64,000 nt of DNA from an uncultured Acidobacteriota bacterium (GCA_963827655.1 CAWHCF010000046.1:64001-128000); one strand, 5' to 3'; shown: positions 29,405 to 40,691, counted from the stretch's first letter. The notes: generated from the sequence alone by a model not told the origin. Numbers and translations: made by a program.

Positions 29405-30778
29405 ATGATCAAATTCGACGCCGAAAAGCCGGTTCATTTCTGTGACGGAATGAAACGTCGCGACTTCCTTCATGCCGGCGCTCTGGCAGCCCTCGGGCTG
29501 GGTGTTACCGACTGGCTAACGCTGAAAGCGCTCGGCGCCGTCCCCGAAGAAAAGGACATCAATTGCATCATGCTGTTTCTGGTTGGCGGTCCAAGCCAGC
29601 TCGACACCTTCGACATGAAGCCCAATGCCCCGGCGGAAATTCGGGGGCCGTACCGTCCGATCAAGACCAATGCGGACGGAATTCAGATCTGTGAGGTCTT
29701 TCCGCGCACGGCCAGGAACGCCGACAAGTTCTCGCTGGTTCGATCGGTATATCACACGGCGGCGGCGGTCCACGATACCGGACACCAGATGATGCAGACA
29801 GGGCGGCTGTTCCAGGGAGGGATCGAGTATCCTCACATCGGCTCGGTTCTCAGCAAGCTTCGGGGACCGAAGGGTGACGTTCCGGCTCATGTCTTGTTGC
29901 CCCGGCCGATCGGCAACACCGGCGGGAATATGCCGCACGGCCAAAATGCCGGGTTCCTGGGCAAGCTGTACGATCCCTTCGTCTTGAATGCCGATCCTTC
30001 GGAACCAAACTTTGCCGTCCCTGATCTTCTGCCTCCCGATTACATCAGCTCGGTTCGAGTAGACCGGCGGCGATCGCTGCGCGAGATGGTCGACTCCTCA
30101 GTCAAGAATATGGACGCGAGCCAGGACGCCCGCCTGCTCAACACCACATTCCACCAGGCTTATACCCTCATGTCCTCGGCCAAGGCGCGCGAAGCCTTCT
30201 CAATCAAAGACGAACCCGAGAAGACCCGCGAGCGCTACGGATTGAACCGGTTCGGACAGTCTTGTCTCCTGGCTCGACGCCTGGTCGAGCGGGGCGTGCG
30301 CTTCGTTACGGTCAACATGTTCGAAACGGTTTTCAACGAGATTACCTGGGATATTCACGGATCGAAGCCCTTCAGCCCGATCTCCTGCTACCGGGATCTG
30401 GTCGGTCCGATGTTCGACCATGCCTACGCGTCCCTGCTGGAGGACCTGCAGGAGAGAGGCCTGCTGGAAAAAACCATCGTCGTGGCCATGGGTGAGTTTG
30501 GACGCACTCCCAAGATCAACCCCGCCGGAGGGCGCGACCACTGGCCGCAGGCATGGACCATTCTCATCGGAGGAGGAGGGATCAAAGGCGGACGGGTCGT
30601 CGGATCAACCGACGAGATTGGAGCCTACCCCGTTGAACGCCCGACCTCGCCCGCCGAGGTTGCGGCAACCGTTTACCAGGGATTGGGAATCGACCTCGAG
30701 AAGGACCTTCCGGGACCTCAGGGAAGGCCGATCCGGCTCGTCGATCACGGAGTCGAACCGGTCGGCGAACTTTTCTAA
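29405..30778 (+). CDS. DUF1501 domain protein
   Basis: RRDFL; GGPSQLDTFDMKP, FGQSCLLARRLVERGVRFV, WDIH, GEFGRTP, GRDHW. Confidence 0.93.
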   Translation: MIKFDAEKPVHFCDGMKRRDFLHAGALAALGLGVTDWLTLKALGAVPEEKDINCIMLFLVGGPSQLDTFDMKPNAPAEIRGPYRPIKTNADGIQICEVFPRTARNADKFSLVRSVYHTAAAVHDTGHQMMQTGRLFQGGIEYPHIGSVLSKLRGPKGDVPAHVLLPRPIGNTGGNMPHGQNAGFLGKLYDPFVLNADPSEPNFAVPDLLPPDYISSVRVDRRRSLREMVDSSVKNMDASQDARLLNTTFHQAYTLMSSAKAREAFSIKDEPEKTRERYGLNRFGQSCLLARRLVERGVRFVTVNMFETVFNEITWDIHGSKPFSPISCYRDLVGPMFDHAYASLLEDLQERGLLEKTIVVAMGEFGRTPKINPAGGRDHWPQAWTILIGGGGIKGGRVVGSTDEIGAYPVERPTSPAEVAATVYQGLGIDLEKDLPGPQGRPIRLVDHGVEPVGELF

Positions 30779-30794
30779 ATCAGGAGAAAGCGCC

Positions 30795-33324
30795 TTGTTT
30801 CGGAGTGGAAAGTCACAATCACGAGGATTCTCGCGGCAGAAAAAAGCGTTTTGCCTGAGTCTCTGGTGTTTCTGCGCCGGGCGGTTACTCGAGGCGGCGG
30901 ATCGTACCCCCGCGCGTCCCGTCGCGGCAAAAGCAATCCCTCAACAGCTCCTGATACTCCCGAGCAGCGTGTCGCTGGAAGGACCGAAGGCCGTTCACCA
31001 GTTGCTGGTTCAGGCGAAATCAGCCGACGGCCGCGAGCAGGATCTTGCCCGAAGCGCGGTGTATAGCAGCTCCGATCCTGCCATTGCAACCGTGGACTCC
31101 ACGGGTCGAGTGCATTCGGTCTCAGACGGCGAGGCGATCATCACGGCGCGCGCCGGTGGCCATCAGGCTTCGGCGAAAATCACCGTTCGCCGCTCCCAGG
31201 AACGTTATGTCCCGAGCTTTTCGAACAACGTCTTGCCGGTCATGACGAAGGCGGGCTGCAATTCAGGCGCCTGTCATGGCGCTGCCGCCGGCAAGAACGG
31301 GTTCAAGCTGACGCTGCGAGGCTATGATCCCGAAGTAGATTACATGGTATTGACGCGCCAGGCCCTCGGCCGCCGCGTGAACCTGCTCGAACCCGCCCGC
31401 AGTCTTATGCTTCTGAAGCCTACTCTCGCCGTCTCTCACGGCGGCGGAAAGCGCTTCGAGGTCGATTCCAGGGAGTACGAGATTCTTTCTTCCTGGATCG
31501 CTTCAGGCACGCCTCCTCCGTCCGAGGGGGATCCCGCCATTCGCGAGCTGGAAGTGCTGCCGAAAAATGCCACTCTCGCGCCTGGCTCCGAGCAGCAAGT
31601 GGTAGTCATGGCGCACTTCTCCGACGGGCATTCCGAAGACGTCACCCGCTGGGCCATCTACAACTCGAGCGATGAGAGCGTGGCGGCCGTGAACGCTGAA
31701 CGGACTGGTGAAGATGCAGGGACGCGGAGAAGCCGCGATTTCAATCTATTACCTCAGCCGGGTCGCGGCGGCGAGAGTCGGGGTTGCTTTCGACAGGGTG
31801 GTGAATGCTGAAACCTACCGCGGCTTCAAGACCGAGAATTACATCGACGAGCTTGTGCTCAAGAAGCTGAAGGCCCTGCACATCACTCCGGCCACCCGCG
31901 CGAGCGACGCGGAGTTTTTGCGGCGCGCCTACCTTGACACCATCGGCACCTTGCCTACGGCTGACGAAGTCACCCGCTTTCTCCACGATCCTCGGCCCGA
32001 CAAGAGGGCGCGGCTGGTTGACGCCTTGCTGGCGCGGCCCGAGTACACGGACTACTGGGCCTACAAATGGTCGGACATCCTGCTGGTCTCGAGCCGGAAA
32101 CTGCAGGCCCGCAGCATGCGCGCCTACTACCAGTTCATCAGGGACAGCGTGGAGCAATCAAAGCCCTGGGACCGCTTCGTGCGCGAGATCCTCACGGCTT
32201 CGGGCAGCAGCGCCGAAAACGGCGCGGCCAACTACTTCCTGGTGCAGAAGAGCGCCATTGACTTATCCGAGAATACGACTCAGGCCTTCCTGGGGATGCG
32301 GTTGACTTGCGCGCGCTGCCACAACCATCCTCTCGAGAAGTGGACGCAGAAGGACTATTACGGATTCGCAAATCTTTTTTCGCGCGTGGCGCTGAAGAAC
32401 AGTCCGGGCGGCGAGGTCACGGTCTTTTCGAGTGAATCGGGCGATGTCTTGCATCCGCGTCTTCTGGTTCCGATGCCTCCCAAACCGCTGGACGCGCCTG
32501 CCGTTCCCCTGGATTCGACCGAGGATCGCCGCGAAGTCCTCGCTCGCTGGTTGACTTCAGGCGACAATCCGTTCTTTGCCCGCGTCACCGTCAATCGCAT
32601 ATGGAAAAACTTCATGGGGCGCGGTCTGGTCGAGGCTGTGGATGATGTGCGCTCAACCAATCCGGCATCCAACGAGGAACTTCTGCAGGCTCTCACTCGT
32701 GATTTCGTCGACCACGGCTTCGATGTGAAGCATCTGATTCGAACCATAATGAATTCCGGAACCTACCAGCTTTCTTCCGAGACTCCCAAAGGCGGCGTGC
32801 CGGACGAGAAATACTATTCGCACTACATTATTCGACGCCTGCCCGCCGAAGTTATCCTGGATGCGATCTCGCAGGTCACCGGGGTGCCCCAGACCTTCGA
32901 CGGCTACCCGCCAGGCACGCGGGCCCTGCAACTACCCGATACGCGGGTCGACTCCTACTTTCTCACGGTCTTTGGACGCCCGGACCGCATCATACCGTGT
33001 GATTGTGAGCGGCAGCAGGACCCGAGCCTCACGCAGGCGCTCCACCTGATCAATGGGGCAACGGTCAATCAGAAGATCATCAACTTGAATAGCCTCACAG
33101 AGTCGTACCTGAAGCTTGGGATGTCCGGGGAAATGGTTCTGGACCATCTCTACCTGGCAGCCCTGAGCCGCCTTCCGACGGCGGCGGAAAAGAAGGAAAT
33201 ACTGGGGGCGTTTCAGGAAGCCGAGGCGATGCCGGTTACGGCCTCGCAGAACCCCAAACGCGAATTCATCGAAGACCTGATCTGGGCAGTCATTTCCGGC
33301 CGTGAGTTTCTCTTCAACCATTAA
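30795..33324 (+). CDS. DUF1549/DUF1553 protein with Ig-like (Big_2) domains (frameshift near 31700)
   Basis: TTG after AGGAG; GCNSGACHG, FLRRAYLDTIG, CARCHNHP, VNRIWKNFMGRG, QALHLING, EFLFNH. Confidence 0.88.
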
Positions 33325-33339
33325 GACGCCAGGGCGCAG

Positions 33340-34794
33340 ATGAAACGCGCTTTCTTTTATCTTTGTGTCTCGGGGTCTTTGTGGTGCTCCGTCCGCGCCG
33401 CGCCCCAAGCCGCGGACGCAGGAAAAGCGTTTGGTGTGTTGCGCGCGAACTGCCTGGCATGTCACGACAGGAAACTACACTCGGGCAAGCTGGTAATGGA
33501 AACCACAGCCGACCTCTTGAAAGGTGGGGCCAAGGGGCCGGCCGTCATTCCGGGAAAGAGTTCCGAGAGCCTGTTGATCAAAATGGTCCTGGGAGAGCTC
33601 ACCCCAAAAATGCCTTTGGAAGGCGAACTCAAGCCGGGAGAGATCGAAGTCCTGCGCCGCTGGATCGACGCGGGGGCTCCGGCCTGGTCTGCTGCGGACG
33701 CGGATCCGGAGAGGCTCGAGGTTCCTGACATCAAGCCTGCAGTGCCGCCGCGCTCTCAGGTCAGCAGCCTGGTCTTCAGTCCTGACGGCCAGTCGCTGGC
33801 TGTGGCAGGGTATCGCGAAGTGCGCCTGCTCGATCCCAAGACACTGCAGGCCAGGAGCGCGCTTCAAGGTCCCACCGATGTCGTGCGGGCGCTTGCTTAC
33901 AGTCCCGACGGAAAAGTCCTGGCCGCCGCCGGCGGCGGGCCCGGGAGGTACGGCGAGATCGTTCTTTGGAACTCTGCGGGGGAGCCGCTGCGAAAACTGC
34001 GGGGACATAGCGACTATGTCTACAGCATATCGTTTAGCCCGGAGGGGAAGATCCTGGCCAGTTCCAGCTATGACCGGCTGATCAAGCTGTGGGACGTCTC
34101 TTCGGGTGGTGAGCTGAAGACCCTGAAGGAGCACACCGATGCAGTCTTTCCCGTCGCCTTCAGTCCGGACGGCAAGCGCCTTGCATCCGGAGGAGCAGAC
34201 CGGACCGTGAAGATCTGGGACGTCGGATCGGGCCGGCGGTTATTTACCCTCAGCGATTCCACCGACGTGGTCTTGACCCTCGCCTTTCACCCCTCGGGAC
34301 AGAAGATCTCCGCGGCCGGGGCCGATAAGCAGATTCGAACCTGGTCCCTGACGAACGACGGTGGTTCCCTGTCGCAGACGATCATCGCGCATGAGGCCGA
34401 AATCACAAAGATTCTTTACCTGCCCGACGGCAAGAGGCTCGTCTCTGCCTCCGCCGATCGTACGGTGAAAATCTGGGACCTGGAAAAGGGCGAGGCGATT
34501 AAAGTCCTCGCGCAACAGCCGGACTGGGTGCTCGACATGACGCTCAGCCGCGACGGGAAAGCTGTTGCCGTGGGGCGCTACGACGGGTCGGTCGGCTATT
34601 ACTCGATTGCAGATTTCGGATCAACTCAATTGCGGATTGCGGATTTCGGATTGCGGATTGACTCGATTGCGGTTATGCGTGAGTATTTCGGAATATCTAA
34701 CGTTGAGACTCGGGAGTATCCAATGATGCCATTCCTTAAATCCGCAATCCGCAATCGCAATCGCAATCGCTCAATCGATCCGCAATCGTCATAG
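33340..34794 (+). CDS. Planctomycete-type cytochrome c domain plus WD40 repeats
   Basis: CLACH...KMP...WIDAGA; GH...WD repeats; C-terminus runs into heptamer repeats. Confidence 0.88.
   Translation: MKRAFFYLCVSGSLWCSVRAAPQAADAGKAFGVLRANCLACHDRKLHSGKLVMETTADLLKGGAKGPAVIPGKSSESLLIKMVLGELTPKMPLEGELKPGEIEVLRRWIDAGAPAWSAADADPERLEVPDIKPAVPPRSQVSSLVFSPDGQSLAVAGYREVRLLDPKTLQARSALQGPTDVVRALAYSPDGKVLAAAGGGPGRYGEIVLWNSAGEPLRKLRGHSDYVYSISFSPEGKILASSSYDRLIKLWDVSSGGELKTLKEHTDAVFPVAFSPDGKRLASGGADRTVKIWDVGSGRRLFTLSDSTDVVLTLAFHPSGQKISAAGADKQIRTWSLTNDGGSLSQTIIAHEAEITKILYLPDGKRLVSASADRTVKIWDLEKGEAIKVLAQQPDWVLDMTLSRDGKAVAVGRYDGSVGYYSIADFGSTQLRIADFGLRIDSIAVMREYFGISNVETREYPMMPFLKSAIRNRNRNRSIDPQSS
34606..34790. 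repeat. Inverted (GATTGCG)n / (AATCCGC)n heptamer tracts
   Basis: ttgcggattgcggatttcggattgcggattg ... aatccgcaatccgcaatcgcaatcgcaatcgc. Confidence 0.85.
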
Positions 34795-37151
34795 CTTTCC
34801 TTGTTCTTACCGCGACGGCGGGCGCCCAGCTGCGTCCGCCCACGGTTACTTCGGTTGCTCCTGCCGGCGTGCAGCGCGGGACCACCTTTACTCTGACGGT
34901 CGAAGGCGCCAACCTGGCGAATGCCAGCGCCATCCAGTTCAGCCATCCGGGTATCGCGGGCGAGATCACCAACATCATCGAACTTCCGTATCAACCCGTG
35001 GTCCGGCCCAGAGGCGCCACCGCTGCGCCCATTGAAGACCTTTTCGCGCTCCACCGATTGCTTGTGAAGGTTCACGTCGCCGAGACTATACCCGCGGGCC
35101 GGTATAACTTCCGCATAAAGACGCCGCTGGGGAGTACGAATACCGGCTCCTTCTATGTTGGATCGCTGATCGAGATCTTTGAAGCCGAGCCGAATAGCCC
35201 GCCGGCCGAAGCGCATAAGATCTTCTATCCGTCGACGGTCGTTGGAACGATTACCCGATCCGGCGACGACGATGTTTTTGAGTTCGATGTCGAGGCTGGA
35301 AAGACCCTGGTCTTTGAAGTCCAGGCCGCCGCTATCGGATCTAGCCTGGACTCCGAACTGACGCTCATCGACAGCCAGGCGACTGTGCTGGCGCGCAACA
35401 AGGATTTCAGCGGCAGACCCGATTCTTTCCTGTCGCACACCTTCGCTAACGCAGGTACCTACCGGGTTCGAATCGCCGACGCGATCGGAGGTGGCAGCGC
35501 GCGCCACAACTATCGCCTGAACATAGGCGCGCTGCCGTATCTCTCGAAGGTCTTTCCGCTCGGCTTGCGCCAGGCGTCTTCGGCAGAGCTGCAGCTGGAG
35601 GGAGTCAATCTGGATAACCTGGCGAAGCTGAAAGTAGACGCGCCGGCAGCTTCGGATTACGGTCAGACGCTCACGATCCAGCCCACGCTGCGCGGTCGCG
35701 AATCGTTGAATGCCATGCGCGTCGCCATTGGCGAGCATCCGGAAATCTCAGAGCAGGAGGACAACAATACCCCTGCGGCGGCCCAGCCTGTGACGTTGCC
35801 GGTATGCATTAACGGCAGAATCGACGGCGGTCGAGGCTCCCCGGACAAGGATGTTTTTCGCTTCACGGCGAAAAAAGGGGAGCGAGTTTCCATGACGGTT
35901 CTGGCGCAACGCCTGGGATCGCGTTTGGATTCTATCCTGGAGGTCTTCGATAGTGCCGGGAGCGCTGTGCCTCGTATCGTGGCGCGTCCGGTATGGCAGA
36001 CCTTCGTAACGCTGAACGATCCCGACTCTCTGCGGCGAGGCATGAGGATCGACTCGTGGGCGCCCCTCGGGATCGGCGACTACCTCATGGTGGGAAATGA
36101 GCTGGTGCAGGTGGAGGAGCTGCCCAAGAATCCTGATGATGACATCAAGTTGCGCAGTTACCGCGGGTCGCGTGTCGCCTACGAAGGAACGACTCCGCAG
36201 ACCCACGCGATGAATACGCCGGTTTACAAGGTGGAGCTGCGCAAACCGGACGACACCTTCGCTCCCAATGGCATGCCGCTTTTCCCCATCCACTACCGGA
36301 ATGATGACGGCGGCCAGAATCTGGGCAGAGACTCCTGGCTGGTGTTCGAGGCCCCTTCGGACGGCAACTACTTCGTGCGCATCCGGGATGTTCGAAATTC
36401 CCAGGGGAATGACTACGCTTACCGGCTCACTCTGGCTGCGCCACAGCCGGACTTCACCCTAACCGTGGATACCAAGAACCCCAACATACCGCGCGGCGAC
36501 GCCGTTCCACTCACGGTAACGGTCACCAGGCTGGATGGGTTCGATGGTCCGGTCGACCTCGAGATTCTGGACCTGCCCGAGGGGATAACTGCGACGGCGG
36601 GACGAATTCTCCCGGGCGCCACTAACGCAACCCTGATCCTGCGGTCCGCGGCGGACGTGAAGCTTCCCGAGCGGCTGGTGCCGTTTCGCGTTAAAGGAAA
36701 AGCAATCGTTGACGGACATGTGCGAGAACACTGGGGTGATAACTCCAGCCCAACGGATGATTCGGTGAGCGGGCTTTCGGTGAGCGAGCCTCCGGAGTTG
36801 CTGGTAACCTCGGCGGAACCCAAAGAGATCGTGCTGGAGCCCGGGCAACAAGCGGCCGTAACCGTCTCGATAGCACGGCAGCGCGGCTTTTCGGGGCGCG
36901 TGCCGGTCGAGGTACGCAATCTGCCGCTCGGCGTGATTGTGCCCGATATCGGGCTCAACGGAATTCTGATCACCGAGAGCGAAACCAGCCGCGTATTTCA
37001 CATCCAGGCAGATCCCAGGACCGGTCCTCTGGAACAAACCCTTTACCTCGTGGGGCGCATTGAGACCAATTCGCCCAACTCAACGGAACACGCCTCCACG
37101 GCGATTCGTCTGAAAATAATTCCGAAGAGTACGCAAGTAAGCCAGAAATAG
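34723..37151 (+). CDS. Secreted multi-PPC-domain protein (start codon out of frame across a repeat tract)
   Basis: GGGAG-ATG at 34723; signal-like SAIVIAFLVLTATAGAQ in the body frame; EAEPN, DDDVFEF, LGSRLDS, DGNYFVRIRD. Confidence 0.8.
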
Positions 37152-37410
37152 CGTCTTGTGGTTAGCTGCGAAACAATACCACCAAGACGCAAAGACACGA
37201 AGAAACACCAAGAATCCTTGTCAAGAGGGCCTTGGAGACGGGACGGCTGGAGCAGCTGCTCGAGGAAGGCAAAAGCACAAGTCCCGAGTTCGTCTCCGCC
37301 TTGAGAGACCTCCGCCAGCTTCGACAGGAGCACGCGATAGTTTCTTAGCGTCTTCGTGTCTTCGCGGTTAGCGCTGCGACAACGAATACCACTCGACTCA
37401 AAGACACGAA
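37151..37410. repeat. Cluster of ACCAC/GAAGACAC-family arms with two cores
   Basis: gtggttagctgcgaaacaataccaccaagacgcaaagacacgaagaaacacc; tcttcgtgtcttcgcggttagcgctgcgacaacgaataccac. Confidence 0.85.
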
Positions 37411-37480
37411 CAAAATTTCCCGATTACTACCGCGGCATCCCCGATGTAGACTAAAAATGCTGCTTGAGAACGGAGGCCCT

Positions 37481-37909
37481 ATGGCGAAGAAGCGAATGCG
37501 CGAGGTTGTCTCTGAATTCCCCGGTCCGGATTACCTGAGAGCAAAGCAGGAGGGGGGATGGAGACTGGTAGCGCTCGAATGGGAGCGCGAAGCGGAAGAC
37601 ACTGAGCGGGCTCCCAGAGAAGAAGTCCCGTTCGGTCTGAAGGTGGCCGATGATTGCGTGCACCTGGAAGAAGATCCTGATGAGAGGCAGGCGCTGCGGC
37701 TCATGCTGGACTTGATTGTCGATGACGAGATCCCTCTGTCGCGCGTCAGCAACGAGCTGAACCAGAAGGGCTTTCGTACGCGGTCGGGTTCAAAGTGGAC
37801 CCAGGTCGCCGTGTTCGACATGCTCCCGCGGTTGATTGAATCGGCGCCCCGCATCTTTTCGACCGACGAGTGGGCGCTTCGCAAGCGCCACTACGCAGGT
37901 CCGCTGTAG
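37481..37909 (+). CDS. Small protein with a serine-recombinase 'Recombinase' DNA-binding domain and no catalytic domain
   Basis: GGAGG RBS; VPFGL...EDPDERQAL...LSRVSNELNQKGFRTRSGSKWTQVAV...RIFSTDEW. Confidence 0.7.
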   Translation: MAKKRMREVVSEFPGPDYLRAKQEGGWRLVALEWEREAEDTERAPREEVPFGLKVADDCVHLEEDPDERQALRLMLDLIVDDEIPLSRVSNELNQKGFRTRSGSKWTQVAVFDMLPRLIESAPRIFSTDEWALRKRHYAGPL

Positions 37910-37944
37910 ATCACCGGTCTTTTTTGGCGTCTTCGCACGCTCGC

Positions 37945-39345
37945 CTACAGTCGCGGGCGGTTTTGAGCCCAGGGGCGAGCAGCCTCGAATTGAGCGCAGA
38001 AGTTCAGCACCAATTCATCCGCATAGCGCGGGCCTACAACCTGTAGCCCGACAGGTAATCCTTCGGAGGTAACGCCGCACGGTAAGCTTGCCGCCGGATT
38101 GCCCGTGAGATTAAAAGGGTAAGTGAAAGGAATCCAGCCCAGAGCATCGATGCTCGTTCCCGCGATCTCGCGCGGCGGGTTTTCGATCGGGAATGGCGCC
38201 ACGGCCACCGTCGGGGTCAGGAGAAGATGGTGATCGGAGAAAAAATCGCTCAGATGCGCCGCCAGCTCGTCGCGGCGCGCTAGCGCGGCAAAATACTGCG
38301 ACGCGGTGATTCCGGTTCCATTTTCAATAAACTTTACCAGACCTTTATCCATGAGCTCCCGGCTGCTCTCCAGCTCCTCGCGGTGCGCGCCCGTGTTTTC
38401 CGCAAGAACAATGGTCTCGAACACCTCCCGAGAAGGACTCAAGTCGACGTCAACGTTCTCCGCTTTGTGACCCATTTCTTCGATCAAGGGAAGGACGGCT
38501 TCGACAACGCCGGCAACGACGCGATCGACGCGAGCGAAGCCCAGGTCGGCGCTGTAACCGATGCGTAGTTCCCGGCGCGGACGTTCCAGCGCACGCAGAT
38601 TACTCGAGCTGCTCGCAGGAACGGAATTTCGATCCCTTTCATGGTGCCCGGCCATCACGTCGAGCATGGCTGCGGCGTCGCCCACGGTCCTGGTGATCGG
38701 TCCCGTGTGAGAAAGGGTCTTCCATCCCCGGAAGCCAGGAACATTGGGAACTCGCCCGAAGGTGGGCTTCAGTCCGAAGACTCCGCAAAAGCTGGCGGGA
38801 ATCCGGATCGACCCGCCGCCGTCCGTCCCCAAGGAAAGCGGAGCGAGTCCGGCTGCCGTCGCCGCGGCGGCTCCACCGCTCGATCCTCCGGGTGTGCGCT
38901 CAGTGTTCCAGGGGTTACGTGTGGGCCCGAAAAGCAGGTTTTCGGTGGTGGCCTTGTAGCCGAATTCCGGCGTGTTGGTCTTTCCCAACAGTATCGCGCC
39001 CGCCTCACGCATCCTGGAAACAGAGATCGCATCCTCAACCGGAACATGGTGCTCATGAATGCGGGATCCCGCGGTCGTCCTGGTTCCGCGGGTAAAAACC
39101 AGATCCTTTACCGAAAAAGGCACGCCGTGGAGCAGGCCTAACTCGTCCCTCCGCTGCAGCTTTTCATCCGCTCGCCGCGCCGCGCCCAAAGCCTCGGCCT
39201 CACAGATCGTGACGTAAGCATTCAACTGCCGGTTCAATCCGGTGATTCGCTCCAGGAATGCCTGGGTCACTTCCAGCGCGCTGAGACTCTTGCGGCGTAT
39301 TTCCTGGGCCAGCACGACCGCGGGCAAGAAACAGAGATCAGACAT
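37945..39345 (-). CDS. Amidase-signature family amidase (cytoplasmic)
   Basis: GVPFSVKD, PGGSSGG, GTDGGGSIRIPA. Confidence 0.92.
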   Translation of the reverse strand: MSDLCFLPAVVLAQEIRRKSLSALEVTQAFLERITGLNRQLNAYVTICEAEALGAARRADEKLQRRDELGLLHGVPFSVKDLVFTRGTRTTAGSRIHEHHVPVEDAISVSRMREAGAILLGKTNTPEFGYKATTENLLFGPTRNPWNTERTPGGSSGGAAAATAAGLAPLSLGTDGGGSIRIPASFCGVFGLKPTFGRVPNVPGFRGWKTLSHTGPITRTVGDAAAMLDVMAGHHERDRNSVPASSSSNLRALERPRRELRIGYSADLGFARVDRVVAGVVEAVLPLIEEMGHKAENVDVDLSPSREVFETIVLAENTGAHREELESSRELMDKGLVKFIENGTGITASQYFAALARRDELAAHLSDFFSDHHLLLTPTVAVAPFPIENPPREIAGTSIDALGWIPFTYPFNLTGNPAASLPCGVTSEGLPVGLQVVGPRYADELVLNFCAQFEAARPWAQNRPRL

Positions 39346-39610
39346 GGAAAACCATCTTACATTACTTTCGGTTGCTTCGCGTTTCTTCGAGTCTTTGTCT
39401 TACTAGTGCGAAATAACTTCTACTTTTTGGCAAGATCGGTGGTCTTCGGTCTTTGAGTCTCGTGGATTTGCTAGACAGCTCTAGCCACCAAGCACGAAGC
39501 ACGTAGAAGCCTGAGCCTTGGGTTGCGGAATCACTGCTGCGCGAATCTTCGTGGTTGGTTTTTGGTTACGCCCCACTAACTCCTGTTGTGGTACGCTGGG
39601 CGCGGTCGTG

Positions 39611-40630
39611 ATGACGGACAATTCCTATTTGATCAGTTGCGACTGGGGGACATCGGCCTTTCGCCTCCGGCTGCTCCAGGGGACGGAGTCGCCCAAGATC
39701 CTCGCGGAACGCTCGACCTCGCGGGGCATCTCTACCTTTTCGGCTGGAGAAGTCGACGAGTTCCAAAACTACCTCATCCTGGAGTTGGATCGGCTATTCC
39801 GCAGCGCGCGGCGTTCTCCGGAGCCTATCCCCGTGTACCTGTCGGGAATGATAACGTCGACTCTGGGATGGAAAGAGCTTCCATACGCCGAGCTTCCTTT
39901 CCCGCTCGAAGGCTCGCGCGCCGTGGTCGCGCGCACTGTTCTGCAGCGCGTCTACGGCAACCATGCCCTGGTTTTCTTCTCCGGAGTTAAATCCGCCGAT
40001 GATGTCCTGCGCGGAGAAGAGACCGAATTGCTGGGGATCATTCAGGATCCCGAGCTTCGCAAATGGCATAAATCGAGCGTGGTGCTTCTTCCCGGTACCC
40101 ACAGCAAAGTGATCGAACTCGAGGACCGGGCGATTGCGGGATTCCGGACTTATCTCACCGGTGAGCTCTTTCAGGTCTTGCGGCGCAATAGCATCCTCAG
40201 GCACTCGGTCGACGTCGAACCGGAGAAGGATGAACTTGCCTGGGAGCTCTTCCGATCCGGTGTCGAACGCGCGCGCCAATCAGGTTTGCTGGAATCGCTC
40301 TTTACCGTGCGCAGCAACGTTCTCCTCAAACGGATTCCCCCGAGTGTTAATACCTTTTATCTCAGCGGGCTGTTGATCGGCACCGAGGTGGCATCGGTTC
40401 ACAATCGGTATCCGTCCCCCAGGTCCATCATCCTGGGTGGAACCCGCAAACTTCAGGAGTTGTATCACTGTGCTTTTCAGGTTTTGAATGACAGCTCGAG
40501 AGTGCATCTCGTTTCGGAGGAAGTGACTTCGATCGCGTCCGCGCTCGGCCACTGGAGCCTCCGTGCGGTGGTGGAAAATGATTCGGTTGGTTTCACTCGA
40601 CAGGAGAGCCAAACACAAAGCGACCCTTAG
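39611..40630 (+). CDS. dgoK: 2-dehydro-3-deoxygalactonokinase
   Basis: CDWGTSAFR, GMITSTLGW, DVLRGEETE, PGTHSK, TGELF, YLSGLLIGTE. Confidence 0.88.
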   Translation: MTDNSYLISCDWGTSAFRLRLLQGTESPKILAERSTSRGISTFSAGEVDEFQNYLILELDRLFRSARRSPEPIPVYLSGMITSTLGWKELPYAELPFPLEGSRAVVARTVLQRVYGNHALVFFSGVKSADDVLRGEETELLGIIQDPELRKWHKSSVVLLPGTHSKVIELEDRAIAGFRTYLTGELFQVLRRNSILRHSVDVEPEKDELAWELFRSGVERARQSGLLESLFTVRSNVLLKRIPPSVNTFYLSGLLIGTEVASVHNRYPSPRSIILGGTRKLQELYHCAFQVLNDSSRVHLVSEEVTSIASALGHWSLRAVVENDSVGFTRQESQTQSDP

Positions 40631-40691
40631 GGTATCGCCCCCAGGATGGTTGACGATCACCGCGGTCGCTTTTCTCTTGAGTGGAGGCGCA

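Noticed and set aside
37151-37410. CRISPR array
   Set aside because: The repeats are degenerate, inverted and dispersed. There is no regular repeat-spacer period and no cas gene.
37945-39345. gatA
   Set aside because: No gatB or gatC is adjacent and the sequence is a generic amidase-signature enzyme.
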